A stretch of DNA of 5,930 bases, taken from Selaginella moellendorffii (Eukaryota; Plantae; Lycopodiophyta). This document shows positions 1 through 5,930 of the stretch, piece after piece. Both the position numbers and the translations under genes were made by a program. Under the pieces are notes generated by a model. It worked only from the letters and a program-made list of their open reading frames with translations, made no database searches and was not told the origin of the DNA. The stretch covers positions 57,137 through 63,066 of the forward strand of contig NW_003314465.1 of the NCBI RefSeq assembly GCF_000143415.4, written 5' to 3'. Every line of letters starts with the position of its first letter. Position 1 is the first letter of the stretch.

Positions 1-380
1 AAGAGGAGAGAGCAAGATACAAGTCATTGTCTTGGAAGGCAGCTCGCAATTTTGTGTATGAGGCATTACGGTCATCTGTTGATGCTTCAGAACATCAGGT
101 GGGGGGCATGGTCTTCCAGAGGGGTTTGGTCTGCATGAAGGCATGGAGAATCATTTATGGAGTCCCTCGAACCACATTCTACAGAATCAAAACTGAGTTC
201 GAGGAACAAAGGGTTCAATAGGCAGTCCATGGGAACGACGGTACTCACAAAACCAGGGGTCATGTTGTATATGGAGAGGCAATCTTCAAGAGGTTTGTCG
301 AGACATGTAGCGAGCAGCAACCACATAAAACCCGCCTCTTGGAAGATGGAACTCGAGACACCTAACGAGTTCTCCCTTCC

Positions 381-2348
381 ATGTATACCAAGGGGGCCAT
401 ATTGGAAGATGTGAATCGGGAACTCCAGAGTAATGGCTACAGGAAGCTGAGCCAATCTAGATTTAGTAGATTGTGGAGCAACAGGTTCAGGGATGTGAGT
501 ATAGGAAAGTACTCCAGCTTTTCAAAGTGTGACGAGTGCACTGCTATCAAAATGGCTTTGTCGAAGAATTCTTGCATCGCTCAAGAGCAAGAGACGTTGG
601 TTAGAAGGCGGCTCGACCACAACATCGAGCAGAGAAGCTGCAGGACTGCATATTATCATAACAGGATTCTCTCCATGGAGAGACCTGACTCTTACCTCTG
701 CATCATCCACGACAAAATGGACCAGAAAAAGACGTGCTTACCTCGACTCAATCCTGCCCCCAAGGCAATCTCTTCATCCATGCAGCTGCCTGTGTCTCTG
801 TTTGGCATAATCGCTCATGAGCATGGTGCCCAGAACTATGGGAACTTCTTTGTACCTCTATGGGGTGGCGGGGGTGCAAACATGATGATTGCGTCCCTAG
901 CAAAACACTTAAGGTCTCTGCAAAGTGCGCAGACTGAGCTGAACGGCCAACCCTTGCATAAGGCCCTTGTCGATCGAACCCCATACAGGGTTCAGCTGGA
1001 GGAGGAGCAAAGGCTTGCAGTATCACGTGGGGCCCCATGCCATCCCAGTGAATATGTTGGCCGTCAGATTGTAGGGTTATCACGTGAGGCCTCATGCCAT
1101 TCCGACGAGGCTGGTCGCCCGGTGAATGCACAGCCTCATCCAAACGAAGCAGAATCTCAAGGAAGTTCTTGCGGCCGATGTGGCCTTCCACCCCATCTTC
1201 TGCTCCAAACAGACAATGCTGGCAGTGAGAACAAAAACATGTACATCTTCGCGTACTTGGCGATGCTTGTTGCCAAAGGCATATTTGAAACGGTTACACT
1301 TGGCTTTCTCATGGTTGGGCACACTCATGAAGACGTCGATGCCATGTTCAGTCACTTGGCAGAGTCCCTCCGGCGATCCAATGTCCTCACCCTCCCACAA
1401 CTCTACAATGAATTCCAAAATTGCATCAAAGGCACTATTGAAGCTGCACTTGTGACAGAGGTTCCAGACTTTAAGGGGTTTGTAAGAGGCTACATCAGGG
1501 ACGGATCCGAAACGCTGATTGGCCACTCCAAGCCTCTTCAGTTTCATTTCAACATGCATGACGGTGCTCCAGTGATAAGGTACAAGATGAGAGAATGGGA
1601 CACAGTGTGGCTGCCAGTGGACGGCATTGAACTCTTCAAGAGAGATCCCATAACTAGGGAACCTATGATTCCTCAAGGTTCCCCACGGCCGATGCACCCA
1701 GATGGACTCAAAGACCAGGAAAGTATAGTGGCCGGGATTAGACAGCATATTGCCTTCTGGAAGAGGGGGTTGGTGTTTGGTGGAGAATCCTATTTTCAGA
1801 GGTGCAAGCCTTTGCTCGAATACTGGGAGAAGATTATATCTGCTATCCAAAATGGGCCAGTTGTATATGAAGAATTGGAAGAGTCCTTTTGGCCAGAACC
1901 CAGAGCACCAGATAGTAGCGGAACAATGTCCTCTGGAAATGCAGTGACAGATAACGATGTTGAGGATCACTATTGTGGGCCGAGGAACAAGAAGCCGGAT
2001 TCAGGATTCAATCTAGTACAGGTCTGCAAAGGAATGGTCGTGCTTGTCAGACCCAGTAATAAAAAACAAATGATATGGGTGGGGCGCTGCATCACTGATG
2101 CAGAGGAGGACGCGGAAACTAACTCCTTCAATGTAACTGTGGAGTGGTTCAAGCCAAGTTCCGGATATACGAAGGATTGCCTAGAAAAGAGATGGGTGCT
2201 GAATCCAAGGGATCCCAGCATGAGCATATCGGTGGATAATGTTGTGCATGGTTGGATGCGGAAGCAGAGTGCCACCATCACCTTGCCAGACCATGCAAGA
2301 GATGCAGCAAGAGCATTCATAACCCGGGTTCAAGGTGAGATTCATTAA
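381..2348 (+). CDS. Intact 655-aa portion of the DDD transposase: CxxC/H motif, RNase H-like catalytic core and C-terminal BAH/Tudor-like domain
   Basis: Motifs: F.RLW...F, KCDEC (C50/C53)...H80, CIIHDKMDQKKTCLP (D111, nt 711-713), LPPHLLLQTDNAGSENKN (D278, nt 1212-1214), FLMVGHTHEDVDAMFS (D320, nt 1338-1340). The D-N-x3-ENKN / FL-x-x-GHT-x4-D pattern matches what I recall for Sola1-type DDD transposases. ATG 381 is probably internal, not the native start. Confidence 0.8.
   Translation: MYTKGAILEDVNRELQSNGYRKLSQSRFSRLWSNRFRDVSIGKYSSFSKCDECTAIKMALSKNSCIAQEQETLVRRRLDHNIEQRSCRTAYYHNRILSMERPDSYLCIIHDKMDQKKTCLPRLNPAPKAISSSMQLPVSLFGIIAHEHGAQNYGNFFVPLWGGGGANMMIASLAKHLRSLQSAQTELNGQPLHKALVDRTPYRVQLEEEQRLAVSRGAPCHPSEYVGRQIVGLSREASCHSDEAGRPVNAQPHPNEAESQGSSCGRCGLPPHLLLQTDNAGSENKNMYIFAYLAMLVAKGIFETVTLGFLMVGHTHEDVDAMFSHLAESLRRSNVLTLPQLYNEFQNCIKGTIEAALVTEVPDFKGFVRGYIRDGSETLIGHSKPLQFHFNMHDGAPVIRYKMREWDTVWLPVDGIELFKRDPITREPMIPQGSPRPMHPDGLKDQESIVAGIRQHIAFWKRGLVFGGESYFQRCKPLLEYWEKIISAIQNGPVVYEELEESFWPEPRAPDSSGTMSSGNAVTDNDVEDHYCGPRNKKPDSGFNLVQVCKGMVVLVRPSNKKQMIWVGRCITDAEEDAETNSFNVTVEWFKPSSGYTKDCLEKRWVLNPRDPSMSISVDNVVHGWMRKQSATITLPDHARDAARAFITRVQGEIH
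1022..1100. repeat. Two copies of the 22-bp palindromic motif inside the CDS (1022-1043, 1079-1100), 57 nt apart
   Basis: ATCACGTGGGGCCCCATGCCAT and ATCACGTGAGGCCTCATGCCAT, translated as SRGAPCH / SREASCH. Confidence 0.85.
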
Positions 2349-2386
2349 TATTCCTTTACTAAGTTTCTAATGTATTTTATTTCAAG
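2335..2386 (+). other. Probable 52-nt GT-AG spliceosomal intron
   Basis: Donor CAAG|GTGAGA at 2335, AT-rich body, branch-like TTCTAAT at 2365-2371, T-rich tract and TTTCAAG| acceptor at 2386. Splicing keeps the frame and gives ...TRVQGEQSESESEEA* (TGA 2419-2421). Confidence 0.6.
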
Positions 2387-2620
2387 GTGAACAATCCGAA
2401 TCTGAATCAGAGGAGGCGTGATGGCATGTGGCCTTACGCCATTCCTAGGTGAGATGATACAAATAACAAGTATAAATTCTTAGTTGTTTTAGCAAATCTT
2501 ACTTAAAGTTCAAGGTGAACAAGCCGAATATGAATTCATCGGATTGTTATAACAAATTGTGAGGTGATGGCATGAGGCGATACACCATTTGAGAGTGGTA
2601 GCCATTCCTATATGAGGTGA
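2381..2620 (+). repeat. Degenerate direct duplication of the terminal-exon/palindrome/splice-donor module (2381-2453 and 2509-2620)
   Basis: TTCAAGGTGAACAATCCGAATCTGAAT (2381) vs TTCAAGGTGAACAAGCCGAATATGAAT (2509). Both are followed by GTGATGGCATG, GCCATTCCTA and AG|GTGAG. Confidence 0.8.
2387..2421 (+). CDS. Probable short terminal exon of the transposase, encoding acidic tail (G)EQSESESEEA*
   Basis: In frame after removing 2335-2386. Purine/GC-richer than the neighbouring intron-like sequence. Confidence 0.55.
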
Positions 2621-3045
2621 GTGAAATATTTATTAGAAATACCTCATTCAATTGTGCACTTCTAAGTCTTGGTCCACTCAGTACTGTTTGCATGTTTTTA
2701 TTTTAATTCTTTCTCTAAAATGTTATTTAGCATGTGGCTTCATGCCATTGCTCTCCACAATCATGCATTGAATTTTTCTATCCTTGCATAATACTTCTCC
2801 ATATATATAGCATGTGCGCACATGTGATATGGTTCATTAGGCCTGATATAGTGTGTGAGGTAAAACAAAGATGATGTGACATATGCATTTACCAATCACA
2901 CGTGCATAAATCTAATAATATGGCGTGTGGCCCATATTAATGGCACATAAACCCATATTGTGGGCTTACGTGCTTTATGTACCATCATTCCCTTGCGGCG
3001 TGTGTGTTGGTTTCCTTTTATAACACAACGAACTCCATATTTTAG

Positions 3046-3319
3046 GGTGAAGAGCGTTCTCATGGCAAACACAAAATCTGTAAGTGAGGCAGAAAAGGAG
3101 ACGGAGAAGGAGATAGGTGAAGATGTAGAATATATAAGTCTTCCAAACTCCCTGTACTATACTCCAGGTGATCATTTTTCTGAACAAACGGCAACATTAA
3201 CAACTATCAAGAACGCCTCAGTAACGTCAGAGACAACAATCCAAAGCAAAACAACTGACCCGGAGAAGGATGATAGTACCGCTGAGAGTACCAAAAAGGA
3301 GGTGTCCACTAGCGCTTAG
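3046..3319 (+). CDS. Possible small ORF/exon encoding a low-complexity S/T/E/K-rich peptide (ATG 3062, 85 aa), unknown function
   Basis: Open frame MANTKSVSEAEKETEKEIGEDVEY...KKEVSTSA* with disordered-protein composition. It is preceded by an acceptor-like TATTTTAG| at 3045 and followed 7 nt after the stop by a palindrome copy. No recognisable domain. Confidence 0.35.
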
Positions 3320-3325
3320 GCTTAT

Positions 3326-3450
3326 AATGGCGTGTGCCCTCATGCCATTTACTTGATCACCAAATACTTTTTTCCCTTTGCACTAGTATATCTTAATACC
3401 GGTCTGAGAAATAGAATGGCATATGCCCTCAGGCCTTTTACTAAATCACC
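3326..3450 (+). repeat. 36-bp degenerate direct repeat, 89 nt apart
   Basis: AATGGCGTGTGCCCTCATGCCATTTACTTGATCACC (3326-3361) vs AATGGCATATGCCCTCAGGCCTTTTACTAAATCACC (3415-3450). Confidence 0.75.
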
Positions 3451-3730
3451 TTTGAAAGAAATGCAAGCCTCTATGTCGTAAAAAAAAGGTACTAGAGAAA
3501 TTCCTTAATAATATGAATGTTATTTAGTTTCATGAAAATACACTAAGGGTCAAATGAGTTAAATGACTTCTCCAGACTAGCAATGCCTCTTGCTACACCT
3601 TCACAATTAGATTCGTTAGAAAAAGATAACATTGAATAATATCTAAATGTTCTCACCATTAAGTTATATGTCTGGCTAATAGGAATGACGTTCATCTTGG
3701 AAAGCTCACCACGCACTCAATGAACAAACA

Positions 3731-3792
3731 AATAGTGTGTGCGCGCATGCCATCACTCTTCTTTAGCTTCAGATTCGGCTTGTTCACCTTGA
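3731..3792 (-). repeat. Inverted copy of 2382-2443 (terminal exon plus palindrome)
   Basis: The reverse complement TCAAGGTGAACAAGCCGAATCTGAAGCTAAAGAAGAGTGATGGCATG aligns without gaps to TCAAGGTGAACAATCCGAATCTGAATCAGAGGAGGCGTGATGGCATG (40/47 identical by hand count; 48/62 over the full length). Confidence 0.85.
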
Positions 3793-4637
3793 CAATGAGA
3801 TTTATTATACAACCAGATGGACTCAGTCTGGACACAAAGTCACCGCGCTAGTCACCATGCCCCAGATATGTCTAGCCCCTGGACAAAAAACATATAATTT
3901 CACGTCATTTTCAAATACTTGAAAATTTGTACCTAGTCCCATTTTACTGAATAAATCCCACTTTAACGAAATAGAGCTTCAACTTGGTGCGATAGTATTC
4001 TAGGAGAGTTCTCTAGAACCTACTGGTAAAGATCTTATCTCGGTCTGAGATAATTCCAGCACTATCGATGTTTATTCTCTATCAATAATATAAATTAATT
4101 ATACCTTATATAATTAATAAAAATATTTTATTATTTCACTTTTCATTTCATATACTTGCGAGGGTTCTTTTCGCAATACTACCCATAGTATTCGTGAGTC
4201 TCCATTTTTTCCTTTATCATCTCAAAAAATATTTCATAGTAGTCTTTTAGATGCGTGATGTTGCAATGTATTATGAGAGCATATGTACTATCATAGTTGT
4301 GTTTTTTTTCCTTTCAAATGGTTATATGTCCTTATATATAATCTTAATTCAAATTTAATAATTTTAAAATTCTAATGAACCTAACATTTACTAGCTAGAA
4401 AGCACAGAGTACAAATTTAAAGAAGTGACAAGAATACTCTTTTTGCAAACATTTTATTTTATGTTCTAATAAACGTCTCTATCATTGCATGTAGTAAATA
4501 TTTAAATTATTAAAACAAGAAGTGTCCTTTAGAACATTTTTATCTATATAATATATAAAGAGTTATGAAATTATTAAGTTCACCATAACTTTAAAATTTT
4601 AAAGTTTATAATGTTTGTACTAAATTATAATTGAAAA

Positions 4638-4681
4638 TTGAGCTCAACTCGTGAGCTCAACTGTTCAACTCGTGAGCTCAA
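4638..4681. repeat. Short tandem/direct repeat built on TGAGCTCA palindromes
   Basis: TCAACTCGTGAGCTCAA occurs exactly at 4644-4660 and 4665-4681. TTGAGCTCAA is a palindrome at 4638-4647. TGAGCTCAA occurs three times. Confidence 0.8.
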
Positions 4682-5930
4682 GTATGGTCTGTGCTCTGGA
4701 TCGGGAAGTTATTAATTGTTTTTGTTTTATTTCTAATCTAGATGTAATATAAAATAAATAAGGAAGTATACAGTAACTTAAAAATGAATTTTGGTTACAG
4801 CATTATTTATTATATAGCTAGCAATATAATAATAATAATAAATAAATTTGCTCTAAATTATAAATAAATTATAAGAAAATATGTCTCTGATATATTATTT
4901 TTCAATTATAGTTAATCACTTGGATCCCTTGGAAATGATGAACTTGAAAAGATTACACAATGGCTAGTGCAAAATTTGTTTAATAATCTTGTTGTAGAGT
5001 AACTAATAGAGCAACAATAGTATGCATAGCATTTTTAGTTTACTTTAGAAAATATAGTGTAAATCATATACCTAAAATATTTAATATATAATAAAATATT
5101 CCTCATTCTAAGGGTTATAATTTCTTGCTGTTAAACTTTTCTATAATTCATTTTTATCAAGATTTAATTCTAATATTCTTGGGGGATGGGGAGGGGGGCA
5201 GCTTCCTATTAGGTGTGTCTATCTTTATTTTACATTTGGCTTAGGTCTAAACTTAAGATCCATACCATGTTAGCTAGTGGAGTATTTATATCCTTGCGCT
5301 AGACCATTAATATGTTGAAATAATGCTTTAGCTTTGTTTTACATGTTTGTTTTAATGTTGGGATGCTAAAAGTTTTAAGACTATTTTAATGTTGTTTTGT
5401 GCTCCTGCTTCATCGCTCCTTAGTTGCATATTCAAGAGTTGTTCCATACTTTTATTTTTTTATTCATTAGGCATATGCTTAGGAGTTTGATTCTATCATT
5501 TTGTTTAGTGGCCTAAGGCCCTAAAACTAAGGTGTTGCCCTTAGCACACATATCTCAAAAGATAGGTCTGTTCCATTGCTATCCTATAGTAATTAAAAGG
5601 TGAAAATCATATATGCTATAGATATAAAGATGATTTTGTCTTAAGTATATGCTAGAAGATAAAGAAGATTTTATCTTGAAGCATATGCTAAAAGATAACC
5701 ATGCAAAGTAGAAGAGGATCCATATCAAAAGGTGGTAATATACCCATACAAACAATAATTTGATAGATATAAAGGAATTTAAAGTGCTCAACCATATGTT
5801 GTGTGCCATCAAAATTAATAATAAGAGTAAAAAACAACTAATAGTTAATAAAGCACCAGTAACATGAGTATGATTGTGTTGAAAATCCATAGTTAAAAAT
5901 AAAATAGGAGAAGATGAGTCATCAATAGTA

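Larger units (their letters stand above)
3..2421 (+). pseudogene. Transposase gene (Sola1-like/DUF7869-type), 5'-truncated by the window, with two premature stops and a probable 3' intron
   Basis: Frame 3 is continuous from position 3 (EERARYKSLSWKAARNF...VCMKAWRIIYGVPRTTFYR...RVQ*AVHGNDG...RDT*RVLPSMYTKG...). ORFs 27..221 and 381..2348 share this frame, separated by TAG 219-221 and TAA 363-365 with no frameshift. The VC..W...YGV and HGN.G motifs resemble the N-terminal part of this transposase family. Confidence 0.75.
2421..3753. repeat. Dispersed family of degenerate 22-bp palindromes (consensus ATGGCRTGWGGCCTCATGCCAT)
   Basis: 2421-2442 ATGGCATGTGGCCTTACGCCAT; 2567-2588 ATGGCATGAGGCGATACACCAT; 2727-2748 TTAGCATGTGGCTTCATGCCAT; 2807-2828 ATAGCATGTGCGCACATGTGAT; partial 2920-2933 ATGGCGTGTGGCCC; 3327-3348 ATGGCGTGTGCCCTCATGCCAT; 3416-3437 ATGGCATATGCCCTCAGGCCTT; 3732-3753 ATAGTGTGTGCGCGCATGCCAT. 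Confidence 0.85.
1..4203 (+). mobile_element. Partial (left end outside the window) Sola1-like DDD cut-and-paste DNA transposon; right boundary tentative (about 4070-4203)
   Basis: Contains a transposase-like frame, dispersed palindromic repeats up to 3753 and a cluster of short hairpins at 3907-4192, then a visible drop to very AT-rich sequence. The left TIR and TSD are not in the window, so the boundary is inferred. Confidence 0.65.

Noticed and set aside
1174-1197. Possible extra palindrome copy (ATGTGGCCTTCCACCCCAT)
   Set aside because: Only the core matches, the length differs, and it overlaps the LPP-x-L-x-LQ-x-DN coding motif, so it may be coincidental.
87-2320. Overlapping alternative ORFs (87..455-, 157..414+, 522..710-, 529..810+, 748..1191-, 1092..1970-, 1126..1455+, 1750..1947+, 1970..2320-)
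   Set aside because: They are shadow frames of the transposase CDS with no recognisable motifs.
381-2348. RNA-guided nuclease (Fanzor/TnpB) or reverse transcriptase identity for the long ORF
   Set aside because: It lacks a RuvC/terminal zinc-finger arrangement and a YxDD RT motif. The motifs fit a DDD transposase.
2975-3187. 70-aa minus-strand ORF
   Set aside because: It is the antisense shadow of the purine-rich + strand ORF and has no supporting features.
3381-3388. CACTAGTA as a CACTA terminus or Helitron CTAG|T 3' end (also CACTA at 3541)
   Set aside because: There is no matching TIR/TSD and no Rep/helicase or Tnp2-type protein. The nearest hairpin is too far upstream for a Helitron end, and element-specific repeats continue beyond it.
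2421-3753. CRISPR-like array interpretation of the palindromic repeats
   Set aside because: Spacing is highly irregular (about 80-400 nt), the repeats are degenerate, the context is eukaryotic with introns, and there is no cas-like gene.
5181-5198. G-rich tract GGGGGATGGGGAGGGGGG as an LTR polypurine tract or G-quadruplex
   Set aside because: It is not followed by a TG LTR start, there is no retroelement coding sequence, and it has only three G-runs.
5579-5890. 103-aa hydrophobic minus-strand ORF
   Set aside because: The Leu/Ile/Phe richness is explained by the T-rich minus strand. There are no motifs, so it is likely spurious.

Overview
This looks like eukaryotic DNA containing the right-hand part of a DNA transposon (about 1 to 4200) followed by very AT-rich non-coding flank. 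One long + strand frame (3..2348, open at the 5' edge) encodes a DDD-type transposase most like Sola1/DUF7869-type proteins. It has a CxxC..H motif, IIHD-KMDQ, LQTDN.GSENKN, FLMVGHTHEDVD and an extra C-terminal BAH/Tudor-like beta domain. Two in-frame stops (219-221, 363-365) interrupt it, so this copy is probably a young pseudogene. A 52-nt intron probably adds a short acidic terminal exon. The most striking unexplained structure is a degenerate 22-bp palindrome (idealised consensus ATGGCATGAGG|CCTCATGCCAT) present in about 8 full copies plus partial ones, both inside the transposase CDS and across the 3' region. The terminal-exon+palindrome module is also copied once in direct and once in inverted orientation. 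All family assignments come from motif recognition only; no searches were run.
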